Assembly: GCA_964016885.1 (NCBI GenBank)
Contig: OZ024759.1
Coordinates: 1 to 64,000, forward strand
Length of the DNA stretch: 64,000 nucleotides
Direction: 5' to 3'
Source of the DNA: Eledone cirrhosa
Lineage: Eukaryota
Positions within the stretch are counted from its first letter, which is position 1; each line of letters begins with the position of its first letter. Positions 12,901-25,535 of the stretch are shown piece by piece. Both the position numbers and the translations under genes were made by a program. The notes below the pieces were generated by a model that was given only the letters and a program-made list of their open reading frames with translations, was not told the origin of the DNA and did no database searches.

Positions 12901-13342
12901 CATCCAGGATACCATTCCAGTCCCCCACTAAAAGCAAGGAGCGGGACGTTCCCAGAAAAGTTTCCAGACGTTGGAAGTATTCCGGCCGCGCTGCCCAAAA
13001 AGGGGCGTACACAGCTATTAGTCTAAGGGCTCCACTTTCACTACTGCCGACGTCTAAAACCACCAGTCGACCCTCCGGGTCCAGGTGCACCTTCTGTATG
13101 GCGAGGCCCAGGTGTTTTCGCAGCAGAACGACAACTCCACCCCCACCCCCCGGTTGACAGAGAGATGCGAAGATCTCAAAGTCGTCGAAGAGGGGCGCCA
13201 GTTGGTGCTCGCTGCTGATCCTGGACTCGCAAATAGCCATTACATCCATTCTATGTGACCTGAGATCGTTTAAAAGTTTGCCTTGTTTCCAAGACAGTCC
13301 CAGGCCACGTACATTCAGAAACCCAACTCTTATATCAGCCAT
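9905..13342 (-). CDS. Tx1 ORF2, intact 1145 aa (APE endonuclease, reverse transcriptase, zf-RVT)
   Basis: Uninterrupted ORF with APE motifs, QGCPLS, YADD and a C-terminal CCHC. Confidence 0.93.
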   Translation of the reverse strand: MADIRVGFLNVRGLGLSWKQGKLLNDLRSHRMDVMAICESRISSEHQLAPLFDDFEIFASLCQPGGGGGVVVLLRKHLGLAIQKVHLDPEGRLVVLDVGSSESGALRLIAVYAPFWAARPEYFQRLETFLGTSRSLLLVGDWNGILDARWDYVGACANRGGCKSLKRLIGRFDLADRYRLDFPTVPLWTWTNRSGTSRSYLDRVLVRENDRDTFSCPKMFMVDYSDHKLVTCIANLDRTHRQGPGYWKLNLSLPRSKAYSKRISTLVKQNLTGAIVNNRWWSSLKRAIRIESIGFSQELARDRNKTERELVDRVEEAIRSGNVAGVLASRMALDQFFEVKHEGCVVRSKIRALGNEGAKAVSWARVTEAKSGNKSTIRSLKDQDGRVILEPGQMCAAFQRHFARLFERGGAPGETMDFNPYLDGLPRLSDAEAKSCERTISAAEIGAALSQCGKRKSPGLDGLPYELYVAMPDLFSDILEAVYCNWQQNGRIPSSVTKGVVTLVRKDENKGDDISNFRPITLLNTELKILAKVLAKRLALVVGNLVGEAQTCAIPSRSIHDNLHLMRYIIERVGNEPGFGGALINLDQSKAFDRVDHRYLDAVLAAAGFGPVFRGWIAAMHSSNVCSRVKVNGHLSEPFQIMRSIRQGCPLSSLLYVLALEPLLRKLERLQGIPLEPGLQKAASAYADDVTVMVSKTSQIGEIGTLLEEYERFTGAKLNRDKSVGLQLGTWRGKPMPSNDVVGRWTEGPVKLLGVWFGPDLQVEKNWNEVTARVFALTQKWAQCKLSLKGRAEVANTYIASVIYYRLTVVPCPVKRLAKMECALFQFLWNKRTPLVRRSICCQHPSKGGLGMPWLQMRKHALRLRHLQVFLTGQPVWAPFVRRAFPRLVSLTELQSWVKQRPRKVGDWHIECAQALTALWKADPAISGDSTSTFYRGLVRSRCDDALGEALGMEEDELASLFGRTFGPGPMDNFQKSLAWQCYRGALPVRDKLHRHGSLGRDPLNKICPRCVHDDETVAHAFVHCPGIADLWGYVERLLSRVGPIRLTTESIVTIKPPPPFKNEGEAVFLCVVAMAKEVVWWTRLKGLRSDTFLSGQQLVPFFKYHFKRRIRMEREVLYPSKFYERWVKVGRMARVNGSSLYISL

Positions 13343-13363
13343 GTTGGTTAAAAGAGGAAGGAC

Positions 13364-15102
13364 CTACCTGTTCGGCTCCTGAGGAGCAGGTTGCACAATA
13401 TCCATGGGCGTATTGGAGGGGTTGTTTGGTGGGGTGTTGTTCTGTGGTGGAGTGGGGGTGTTTGGTGAGGTGTGGGTGGGGAAACGTTTCAAGAGGACGC
13501 GGTTATAGGGTCGAGTACATGTTTTCCCCACGTCCTCAGGAAAGTTCTCTCTTAGTTTTGCATAGGTGTCCATTGGGAGTCTTATCATTTTTAAATGCGG
13601 TTTGTTGGCCGCGCTTGCAAAGAATTGCCCTTCAGTTTCCACCAAAGGGTCTTTGTGTATTGTTTTTACTAGTTCTTTGTTATTTGTGTTAATGTATGTA
13701 TACTGTTTTATTTGTGTTGTGTTTGTTTGTTGTTCTTGTGTGTGCTTACGTTTTGTTGTATGTGTTATGTTTTGGGGTGGGGCAGATTTTGTTTGTTCTG
13801 TTTGTTTTGTTTTTGTTGGTGGTTGTGTGTTTGTTTCGTTTATGTTCGAGTGGTGCTTTCTTTTTTTCCTTTTTACAGGTTGGAAGGGTTCCCCCTCTTC
13901 GTCACTAGGTGCCGTTTCCGCTGGGTCCTCGTCCGTGCTGTCGGGTAGTGGTGTATTTTGGGGTTTTGTTGTATTTGTGTGTGTTTTGGGAGTTGTTTTG
14001 GGTGGGGCCGTGTCTTGTGTTATTTTTCCCTGTTGTTTTTGTTGTTGTGGTGGTGGTGGTGGAGGTGGTGGTGGTGGTGGTGGTGGCGGTGGTGGTGTGT
14101 GGGGTGTAGGCAAAAGAGCCTTTTTTTTGTCAATTGAGGACAAGCAGCCCTTAGATGACCCCTGCTTGAACAGTAGTAACATATGGGCCTCCTACCCTCG
14201 GCTGAAATATATATAAATGTTTCTCCATCGAGGGACACCCTCTGTGGTATTCTAGCGATTCGTTCTGGTCTCATTTGGACCAGAACCTCCACGCTCAAAC
14301 CGCCGAAAACGTCTGTGGTGACTTCTCCTACTGAGAGGATTCCGTCCTCGTCTTCTAAAAATCCTGTTAGTACCCAGGAAATGCATGCATTTGGCCGGAT
14401 TCCGGAGACCCTTATCTTCTGCGTTCTTTTCCCTAAATATGTGGGGAAAAATGTATATATCTTGGAAACAATTGGTGCCACAGAGTATTTCCTGGCCGTC
14501 AATTGATCCTTCATTAGGACCGTTATATTCCCATAGAGTGGCCCTTTTTGTATGAACGATATATCACTCCACACATTTTTTAGGACCAGCTCAATCTCTT
14601 TTTGGGATAATTGAGTTGGTTTCCTTGTTATGTTGGAAATTGTTCTGAAAGATATCGTTCTTAGCGTCGTGTCTCTTTTGATTTCTTGTGGGGAGGTGAT
14701 TGTGAAGTCTCCTCCTTCTTTGAAAGTTACATACTGTTTCGCTTCCTTCATCTTTTCTCTCAGAGTTGTAATGTCCAGTTGCTTGCAGGTTTGTGTTTTC
14801 CGGACCGCCTGTGCAAAGGAGGTACCAGTAGTGGGTTCACTTTGTTTGGTGTTATCGTTATTTTTTCCTTGGTTGGTGTTGTGACTATTGCTGTTATTGT
14901 CGTTGATGTTTTTGTCTGCGTTTATGTGACTTTCTGGGTTTTCACCCATTTCTACAAATTTTTCTTTTAATTCCGTGTTCCATGTTTCTTTTGCAGAAGT
15001 GAGGAGGGAAGACTTAGAGCCTTGTGCTTCTAGCTTCTCTGTATCACCTTTCTTAGGGGGCGTGGCTTTCACGTTAGGATGAGATGTGAAAATTCCGTCC
15101 AT
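13364..15102 (-). pseudogene. Tx1 ORF1 with a 1-nt frameshift in the T-run at 14121-14128
   Basis: 8 T versus 9 T in copy 1; split into ORFs 14020-15195 and 13364-14182; may be a homopolymer sequencing error. Confidence 0.75.
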
Positions 15103-15313
15103 TTCTATTAGTTTGCCGTAATAAATTTTTAACTGGAAAATTCGCCCCAAAAAGGGGCGAAAATAAATAAACTCAAAGTTTGACGACCAAGGCAAGGGGT
15201 TAACGTATATTACAGTATAAAAAAATTAATCAAAACTCACTTTTTGAGTAAGTAAATCCGACTCGGTAGCCGAGCTTGTTCACACACGTCAACACACGTC
15301 TCTCGTATACGAG

Positions 15314-15766
15314 ATGTTATGTGAGATATTATGTGAGGTAAAGCCTTTACTGTGAAAATACAATAGTATATATAGAGTAATGTAAATGTTATGTGAGATA
15401 TTATGTGAAGTAAAGCCTTTACTGTGAAAATACAATAGTATATATAGAGTAATGTAAATGGTAAAGTGTTAAATATAATAGTATATATAGAGTAATGTAA
15501 ATGGTAAAGGATTAAATATAATAGTATATATAGAGTAATGTAAATGGTAAAGGATTAAATATAATAGTATATATAGTAATGTAAATGGTAAAGGATTAAA
15601 TATAATAGTATATATAGTAATGTAAATGGTAAAGGATTAAATATAATAGTATATATAGAGTAATGTAAATGGTAAAGGATTAAATATAATAGTATATATA
15701 GTAATGTAAATGGTAAAGGATTAAATATAATAGTATATATAGAGTAATGTAAATGGTAAAGGGTTG
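15314..15766. repeat. 41-bp minisatellite, last segment, with the same two ~74-bp variant units
   Basis: Tandem repetition. Confidence 0.95.
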
Positions 15767-15831
15767 ACCCCACCCCCTCCAATTGCTGGCCTTGTGTATA
15801 AACTTAAACCATTACTCTTATTTTTCTGTAG

Positions 15832-15977
15832 GAAGTCCTGAAGCTCAAGATATCACCCTGAAAATAGCTGAATGTCTTGCCCTGACGGCAGTCGACATAC
15901 TGCAGACCCCATCGATGGTGCAGAAGATGAAGGCCCAACTCCAAGACGATTTAGTCCTAGAACATTCAACGAAATAA
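15832..15977 (+). CDS. PM20D2: Terminal coding exon of a peptidase M20 domain-containing protein 2-like gene
   Basis: Acceptor TTTTTCTGTAG at 15821-15831; GSPEAQDITLKIAECLALTAVDILQTPSMVQKMK resembles, from memory, the PM20D2 C-terminus (GSQEAQFYTLRTAKALAMTALDV); TAA stop; AATAAA at ~16275. Confidence 0.75.
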
Positions 15978-16313
15978 AAAAAAAGTGGAAAAAAAAAATT
16001 GTGAACAGTTTTACTCCCCTCCCCTCCCCATTGCTCCACTCTTGATGATGCCACACCCACTGCCCTCCCCTCCCACCCCAGTTCCCCACCCATTGCCACC
16101 CTCTCCTCACCCGACCCTCAGTTCCCCCACCTTCTCACCCCACCCTCAGTTCCCCCACCCTATCCTCACCCCACCCCAGTCCCACACCGTCACTTCCACC
16201 ACCCTCTCCTCACCCCACGCTCAGTCCCCCTTCCTCTAATACTAGCATTCTTTGTTTTCTTATAAATATAAAAAAATAAAAAAATTGCAGCAAAAACATC
16301 ACACAGTCTCACA

Positions 16314-16434
16314 AACACACACACACATACATATATATATACATATATATAGATATATACATACATAAATATATATATATATACACATATATATATATAC
16401 ATATACATACACATACATATATATATATATATAC

Positions 16435-16500
<66 letters not shown>

Positions 16501-16928
16501 TTATGTATATATATGTATATGTATATATATATGTATATATATATATATATATGTATATATATGTATATATATATATATATGTATATATATATGTATATAT
16601 ATGAATGTATATATATATGTATATATATGAATATATATATATATATTTATGTATATATATGTATATGTATATATATATGTATATATATATATATGTATAT
16701 ATATATGAATGTATATATATATGTATATATATGAATATATATATATACATATATATGTATATATATATATAGTTGGTGTTAGGAAGGGCATCCAGCCGTA
16801 GAAAACCTGCCAGACAGTCCTATATGAGCGAGACACGGTCACCCGACCAACCTTGCCTCAAGTGGGACAAATCCCGTCTAACCCATGCTAGCGTGGAAGA
16901 TGGACGTTAAATGAAGATGATGATTATG

Positions 16929-16959
<31 letters not shown>

Positions 16960-16976
16960 TATAGATGATGATGATG

Positions 16977-17075
<99 letters not shown>

Positions 17076-17092
17076 TATAGATGATGATGATG

Positions 17093-17171
<79 letters not shown>

Positions 17172-17180
17172 CATATATAT
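16314..17180. repeat. (TA)n/(TATG)n microsatellite containing an RTE/SINE 3' fragment (16772-16925)
   Basis: Low complexity; GTTGGTGTTAGGAAGGGCATCC...GGACGTTAAATGAAGATGATG matches 55293-55450. Confidence 0.9.
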
Positions 17181-18198
17181 TAATGACATCACTGACATCA
17201 TCAAACACAGCAACATTAAAATTTTCGCTGATGATTCCAAGCTCCAAAAGGTCATCAATGGCGTGGATGACCGGATAAGCCTTCAGTCAGACCTACTGGC
17301 TGTTACCCAATGGGCAGAAAAGAACAACATGTTACTGAACGAAGACAAATTCGAACTGATCCACTTTGGAAAAGAGGATGCTCTGAAACTCCCGTACTCC
17401 CTTCCCTCCGGGGAAACTCTCGTGGCATCTAACAACATCAGAGACTTGGGAGTAACCGTGGACAGCAACATAAGCTGGACCACGCATATAAGCAGCAAAG
17501 TTGACATGGCCCGCAGAATGTGTTCCTGGATCCTCAGAACCTTCCAGTCGAGAGATTCCCGCACCATTATCCTTCTCTTCTCTACTTTCGCCCGACCACA
17601 CCTTGAATACTGTTGTCCACTGTGGTCTCCCCACACGAAACAAAGTATCATGAAACTTGAAGCTCCTCAAAGGGCAATCACGAAAAAGATAGATGGCATG
17701 TCAGACCTTGATTACTGGGGTCGATTGGAAAACCTGAAACTTTACTCACTCCAACGTCGCCGTGAGCGTTATATTATCTGCATGATGTGGAAAATGTTCC
17801 ATCATCACTGCCCAAATGATGTTGGCATCGCCTTCAAGATACACCCAAGGCTTGGGCCCCGTGCTATCCGTCCCATTCAAAAATCTAAATCGCAACTCAT
17901 AACAACAATACGGCACAATTATTTCACCTCAATCGGCCCTGCTCTCTTCAACATCACACCAGGACACGTCAAAACAGAAACTGACCACACAAAATTCAAG
18001 AAGTCTTTGGACAAATTCCTCCAAGTAATCCCGGACAAACCACCCACACCCGGATATGTCTCCGCAAACAGTAATTCTCTTCTCGAATGGGCCATGGTGC
18101 CCAAATCCTGAATTGAAAGACTTCGCCAGGTGGTGCTATTAAGTTAGACATGGCCTGGGCCAATACTGGCCAAAACATTTCAAAGTTATTCAAAGTTA
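17178..18198 (+). mobile_element. 5'-truncated CR1-group LINE (RT C-terminal part and 3' UTR with TTCAAAGTTA tandem tail)
   Basis: INDI...[35 protein letters not shown]; stop at 18111. Confidence 0.9.
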
Positions 18199-18250
18199 TA
18201 TATATAGATATAGATATAAATATTTATATATATATATATAGATATATATC

Positions 18251-18365
<115 letters not shown>

Positions 18366-18374
18366 ATATATATG

Positions 18375-18419
<45 letters not shown>

Positions 18420-18626
18420 ATATATATATATAGATATATGTATATATATATGTATGTATATATATATGTATGTATATATATATGTATGTACAAATATATG
18501 TATGTATATATATATATATGTATATATATATGTATGTATATATATATGTGTATATATATATATATATATGTGTATATATATATATATGTGTATATATATA
18601 TATATGTGTATATATATATATATGTG

Positions 18627-18670
<44 letters not shown>

Positions 18671-18686
18671 TATATATATATATGTG

Positions 18687-18873
<187 letters not shown>

Positions 18874-18920
18874 GTTGGAAGCTTCCGGGAGCTTCCATCA
18901 GAAATGGTCGCATTCTTTAA

Positions 18921-19152
18921 GGGTATGTCAATATTTATTTATAAAACTGGTTTATATTATATTTTCTCTGATGAAAGCGCACCATAATTTGACTTGGTGT
19001 CCTTGAAATATGTATAATGAAATAAATATGGTTTTATAAATATAGTTTCCATTTGTTAAAATCGTATATTTACTCCAATAATTTGTTGAGTGCTTTATAT
19101 CAGTTATAAAAATACTTGCTTGTATCCCAACAATTTAAATATAACTTCTACA
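18921..19152 (+). mobile_element. Solo PLE terminal repeat (family A variant) with tail
   Basis: Homologous to the terminal repeats of the PLE at 38638-42934; contains a hammerhead. Confidence 0.8.
18955..19030 (+). ncRNA. Type I hammerhead ribozyme (family A)
   Basis: CTGATGA 18968-18974; stem II AAG..CACCA/TGGTG..CTT; GAAA 19005-19008; TATGTA-TA cleavage site. Confidence 0.75.
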
Positions 19153-19324
19153 TATATATATATATGTGTATATATGTATGTATATGTATATATATATGTA
19201 TGTATATGTATATATATATGTATGTATATGTATATATATATGTATGTATATGTATATATATGTATGTATATGTATATATATGTATGTATATATATATATG
19301 TATGTATATGTATATATATGTATG

Positions 19325-19356
<32 letters not shown>

Positions 19357-19364
19357 TGTATATG

Positions 19365-19395
<31 letters not shown>

Positions 19396-19558
19396 GTATA
19401 TATATGTATATGTATATATATGTATATATATGTATATGTATATATATGTATATGTATATATATATGTATATATATATATATATATGTATATATATGTATA
19501 TATATGTATATATGTATATATGTATATATATATGTATATATATATGTATATATATATG

Positions 19559-19589
<31 letters not shown>

Positions 19590-19602
19590 GTATATATATA
19601 TG

Positions 19603-19637
<35 letters not shown>

Positions 19638-19652
19638 GTATATATATATATG

Positions 19653-19715
<63 letters not shown>

Positions 19716-19743
19716 GTATATATATGTATATATATATATATAT

Positions 19744-20143
19744 ACGATATTAAACAAATGGAAACTATATTTATAAAACCATATTTATTTCGTTATATAT
19801 ATTTCTGGGATATCATATAAAAAATATGGTATGCCTTCCTCAGACAAAATACAATATACAAGCTGTTATATAAATAATTTTGTTATATAAATAATTTTGA
19901 CATATTTATTTATCAAAATTATTTATAAAACAGCTTGTATATTGTATTTTGTCTGAGGAAGGCATACCATATTTTTAATATGATATCCCAGAAATATATA
20001 TAACGAAATAAATATGGTTTTATAAATATAGTTTCCATTTGTTTAATATCGTAAACCTACTCCAAAATCTGTTGAGTGCTTTTATATCAGTTATAAAATA
20101 TTTACTCGTTGTAACCCAACAATTTTAAATAAATCTTTTGCAT
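19744..20143. mobile_element. ORF-less inverted-repeat PLE element (family A) with hammerheads on both strands
   Basis: Arms ~19744-19881 and ~19915-20053 plus ~90-nt tail; CTGAGGA cores at 19837-19843 (-) and 19953-19959 (+). Confidence 0.85.
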
Positions 20144-20344
20144 ATATATGTATATATGTATATGTATATATGTGTATATGTATATATATGTATATGTATA
20201 TATATGTATATATATGTATATGTATATATATGTATATATATGTATATGTATATATATGTATATATATGTATATGTATATATATGTATATGTATATATATG
20301 TATATATATGTATATATATATATATATGTATATGTATATATATG

Positions 20345-20455
<111 letters not shown>

Positions 20456-20534
20456 GTATATATATATGTATATATATATATGTATATATATATATATGTA
20501 TATATATGTATATATATATATATATCTATGTATG

Positions 20535-20569
<35 letters not shown>

Positions 20570-20936
20570 GTATATATATCTATATATGTATATATATATA
20601 TATCTATATATATATGTATATGTATATATATATATATGTATATGTATATGTATATGTATGTATATATATGTATATGTATATGTATGTATATATATGTATA
20701 TATATATATGTATATATATATGTATGTATGTATATATATGTATATATATATGTATGTATGTATATATATGTATATATGTATGTATGTATGTATATATATA
20801 TATATATGTATGTATGTATATATATATATATATGTATGTATGTATGTATATATATATATATATGTATGTATGTATATATATATATATGTATGTATGTATA
20901 TATATGTATATATATATGTATGTATGTATATATATG

Positions 20937-20970
<34 letters not shown>

Positions 20971-21289
20971 TGTATATATGTATGTATGTATGTATGTATA
21001 TAGGAGCTCTTAAGAGTCAATGGCCATCCAAAATCACCGGGAGAGATGACCCCTTAGCCTTTGTCAAGGCAGAATTCTAGGAGAAGGAAAACTCTGATAT
21101 AACACCTGCAACTCTGATGGTATCCAATGATGTTGACTTGTTCTTCTTTTTGGTAAATATCATCTTGGTTAAGAGAGTGGGACTGGCTTTGTGCAGTGCC
21201 TTTGCTCACTATAAAAGCTTCACGGCACAGGCATTGCTTTATATCTGGAGATCTCTCTGCACTTGTCGTCACAGGGTACCATGGCCCCA

Positions 21290-21450
21290 GCACTGTGTCA
21301 ATATTTGTCACAAGTGTAGTGTTTGTACCAGAGTTTTCAAGTCGCTGGCTGGACTAAAAGGTCACACTCGTTCAGTGCATCGGTAGGGGTTCTCCTATAT
21401 GGATATAAAGTAGTGGCCGTACTCGAAAACGAGTTGGCAGCCACCATGTA
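21290..21450 (+). mobile_element. 3' end of an RTE/BovB-like LINE (C2H2 finger, short 3' UTR, (TATG)n tail)
   Basis: [23 protein letters not shown] followed by microsatellite. Confidence 0.55.
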
Positions 21451-22057
21451 TATATATATGTATGTATGTATGTATATATATATATGTATGTATGTATGTA
21501 TATATATATATGTATGTATGTATGTATGTATATATATATGTATGTATGTATGTATGTATATATATATATGTATGTATGTATGTATGTATATGTATATATA
21601 TATGTATGTATATATATATCTATGTATATATATATCTATGTATGTATATATCTATGTATATATGTATGTATATATATATATGTATGTATGTATATATCTA
21701 TGTATATATGTATGTATATATATATATGTATGTATATATATATCTATGTGTATATATATCTATGTATATATATATGTATGTATATATATATCTATGTATA
21801 TATATATGTATGTATATATATATCTATGTGTATATATATATATGTATGTATATATATATATACGTATATATATATATGTGTATATATATGTATATATATA
21901 TATGTGTATATATATCTATGTATATATATATATATGTATAATCCAGCCTCTATAACAGATCTGTTTCACCAACAGTGTGAAACAGATCTGTTAGCTTCTC
22001 TCCCTTCCTTTGCTGGAAAAAAAAAATGTATTCATATATATATATATGTATATATAT

Positions 22058-22400
22058 GGAGGCACATGGCTTAGTGGTTAGAGCATTAGCCTTGCAATCG
22101 AAAGGTTGTGAGTTCAATTCTCAGACCGGGTGATGTGTTGTTTCCTTGAGCAAGACATTTTATTTCACATTGCTCCAGTTTACTCAGCTGTAGAAATGAG
22201 ATGATAGGGACCGGGGTCCCTATCATTCCACTGCAAAGTGGTCGTGGAGGTGCCACGGCAAAAAAGCACCCAGCACTCACTGTAAATGAGGTTGGTGTTA
22301 GGAAGGGCATCCAACTGTAGAAATCAAGCCAGAATCAGTTCCTGTCCCACCCTTGCAAGCAGGGAAAAGTGTACGTAAAATGAAATGATGATGATGATGA
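22058..22400 (+). mobile_element. tRNA-derived SINE with RTE-type 3' end
   Basis: A box TGGCTTAGTGG, B box GAGTTCAATTC, (TGA)n tail; four copies in the window. Confidence 0.9.
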
Positions 22401-22450
22401 TATATATACCTTGGAAAATAACGTTAAATGAAGATGATGATGATGATGAA

Positions 22451-22575
22451 TGATATTAAATAAATGGAAACTATATTTATAAAACCATATTTATTCTATT
22501 ATATATAGTTCAAGGGTACCAAAACGGTACGCTATCATCAGATAAAATACAAAATGTTTTATAAGCATTTGACAT
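22451..22575 (-). mobile_element. Divergent family A PLE terminal repeat with a degenerate hammerhead (GAAC instead of GAAA)
   Basis: CTGATGA at 22535-22541 (-); stem II GTACC/GGTAC. Confidence 0.65.
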
Positions 22576-22660
22576 GACCAAGGATAATCTACCTTAACGG
22601 ATCAAGTTATCCCTTAATTGTTCAATATATCCATATATATATATATATATATCCATATAT

Positions 22661-22694
<34 letters not shown>

Positions 22695-23060
22695 ATATAT
22701 ATATATATATATATGGATATATATATATATATATATGGATATATATATATATATATATATGGATATATATATATATGGATATATATATATATATATATAT
22801 CCATATATATATATATATATATATATGGATATATATATATATATATATATCTATATATATATATATATATATATCTATATATATATATATATATATGGAT
22901 AATATATATATATATACATATATGGATATATATATATACATATATGGATATATATATATACATATATGGATATATATATATATATATATGGATATATATA
23001 TATATGAATATATATATATATATATGGATATATATATATATATATCCATATATATATATA

Positions 23061-23289
23061 GTGAAGGCGTGTGGCTGAGTGGTTAGAGTATTAGGATTCA
23101 CAATCATGAGGTTGTGAGTTCGATTCCTGAACCAGGCGATGCGTTATGTCCTTGAGCAAGACACTTTATTTCACGTATTTCACGTTGCTCCTTCTACCTG
23201 GAGTTGCGACCGATAGATAGTACTAGCAATTGGAAAGACCAACGGAAACATAGTTTCCTCGGTCCGATTTGACGAAAGTCGATCGACTA

Positions 23290-23290
<1 letters not shown>
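23061..23290 (+). mobile_element. tRNA-derived SINE head and body fragment (related subfamily)
   Basis: TGGCTGAGTGG and GAGTTCGATTC boxes; related pieces at 46490-46640. Confidence 0.7.
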
Positions 23291-23327
<37 letters not shown>

Positions 23328-23635
23328 ATATATATATATATGGATATATATATATATATATATATGAATATATATATATATGGATATATATATATATGGA
23401 TATATATATATATATATATATATGGATATATATATATATATATGGATATATGGATATATATATATATATATGGATATATATATATATATGGATATATATA
23501 TATATATGGATATATATATATATGGATATATATATATATATACATATATGGATATATATATATATATATGGATATATATATATGGATATATATATATATA
23601 TATGGATATATATATATATATACATATATATATAT

Positions 23636-23715
<80 letters not shown>

Positions 23716-23752
23716 ATATATATATATGGATATATATGGATATATATATATA

Positions 23753-24352
23753 TAGGAACCAGTAAGACCCCGACAGCTGAGCTCAAGCCGTTTCGACGGC
23801 TAATTCTGGACTAAATGAAAATTTATCCTGGTATTTATACAGCCGAACTTCTCAAGGGGTAATTCCATATATGGTCAAAGTGATTGTCAAAAATCAGTAG
23901 TAATTCTGTGGTTGCAAATTAGTAGGGGAGATGGTGGCTAAACCTGCCAGTAGGAGAAAGAGGGGAGGGGGTGGAGTAGACCCAATCAAGCGTTGGTAGT
24001 GCCAGCTACAGCTGGGCATGAGGTCAAAGAAGATACAGGGGAGGGGGAGGGGGAGGAAGTCGGAACGGTAGGTAGAACAATGGGGGGTAGAAATAGGAAA
24101 GAAAAAATACTGAGAGTGAAGAAAAGCAATTAAGTGTAAAGAAAAAGTAAAGTAAATTAAATTCAACGACCTAGGTGTCAGGCTATTTAAATACCAGGAT
24201 AAATTTTCATTTAGTCCAGAATTAGCCGTCGAAACGGCTTGAGCTCAGCTGTCGGGGTCTTACTGGTTCCTATTACCCACTCTACTACCTCAAGTATTGA
24301 GTACTTTGGTGCGTTATGGTCCACCTGGTTCCTTACCACATTTCCTTCGTTA
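23753..24352. mobile_element. ORF-less asymmetric inverted-repeat PLE element (family B)
   Basis: Arms 23753-23844 and 24181-24272, ~80-nt tail, (TA)n on both sides; the same end recurs at 61399 next to a PLE ORF. Confidence 0.8.
23767..23860 (-). ncRNA. Type I hammerhead ribozyme with U3-A8 core
   Basis: ACCCC-TTGAGAA-G..CGGCT/AGCCG.C-GAAA-CGGCT(TGAGCTC)AGCTG-TC-GGGGT. Confidence 0.7.
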
Positions 24353-24917
24353 TATATATATATATATATATGGATATATATATATATATATATATATATG
24401 GATATATATATATATATATATGGATATATATATATATATATATATGGATATATATATATATATATATATGGATATATATATATGGATATATATATGGATA
24501 TATATATATGGATATATATATGGATATATATATATGGATATATATATATATATATATGGATATATATATATATATATATATATCCATATATATATATATC
24601 CATATATATATATATATATATATATATATCCATATATATATATATATATATATGGATATAATATTACATTAAAAGTTTCAAAAAAGATGTAGATGAAACT
24701 AAAACAAAAAAAAAATGGTAACCCTACCTCCCCCAACAATTAAACCTCAATAGACTAAACTTAATAGAGCCAACCCCTAACCTCAGACCTCATTACTGGT
24801 AGATGGATAAGTTGCAGGTTTTCATATGTGACTTTTCTCCCAAACCTTGCTCTAGTCTTGAAATACTCATTAATAAAATATATACACCAACAAGTGGCAA
24901 AGTGATACTCATGTACA

Positions 24918-25250
24918 GGCACATGGCTTAGTGGTTAGAACATTGGCCTTGCAATCGAAAGGTTGTGAGTTCAATTCTGAGACTGGGTGATGTGTTGTTT
25001 CCTTGAGCAAGACACTTTATTTCACATTGCTCCAGTTTACTCAGCTGTAGAAATGAGATGATAGGGACTGGGGTCCCTATCATTCCACTGCAAAGTGGTC
25101 GTGGAGGTGCCACGAGAAAAAAGCACCCAGCACTCACTGTAAATGAGGTTGGTGTTAGGAAGGGCATCCAGCTGTAGAAATCAAGCCAGAATCAGTTCCC
25201 GTCGCACCCTTGCAAGCAGGGGAAAAGTGGACGTAAAATGATGATGATGA
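24918..25250 (+). mobile_element. tRNA-derived SINE
   Basis: Near-identical to 22058-22400. Confidence 0.9.
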
Positions 25251-25535
25251 TATATATATGTGTGTGTGTTTGAACAATAAAAACCGAAGTCAGGTGTAGG
25301 TAGAGAGTTCATTGTTCTATGGTTGTTTCAGCAGGTCAATTGATTAGTGGAGATCAGGCAGCTGATTGAATAAGAACTTCGAGAATAATAGGTAGTAACC
25401 TAACCACTACGATGCTGGTCAATATATTGATCTCCACCAATCAATTGACCCTCTGAAACGATTGTAAAACAATGAACTCTCTACCTACACCTGACTTAGG
25501 TTTTTATTGTTCGAACACACACAAATATATATATA
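25251..25535. repeat. ~95-bp-arm inverted repeat, probably PLE terminal-repeat derived
   Basis: 25251-25346 is the reverse complement of 25428-25530; a GAAAC-GATT-GTA hammerhead half is present but no CUGANGA. Confidence 0.7.

Larger units (their letters stand above)
9668..15313 (-). mobile_element. Tx1/L1-clade non-LTR retrotransposon, full-length copy 2
   Basis: Near-identical to copy 1, with identical junctions. Confidence 0.93.
22626..24660. repeat. (TA)n with GGA/CCA interruptions, three blocks
   Basis: 22626-23060, 23292-23754, 24351-24660. Confidence 0.92.

Noticed and set aside
1578-14970. Plus-strand ORFs overlapping the Tx1 elements
   Set aside because: Antisense shadows of ORF1/ORF2 with no recognisable motifs
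22058-22132. tRNA-Cys-like gene (TTGCAAT loop)
   Set aside because: No proper acceptor stem; it is the head of a multi-copy SINE
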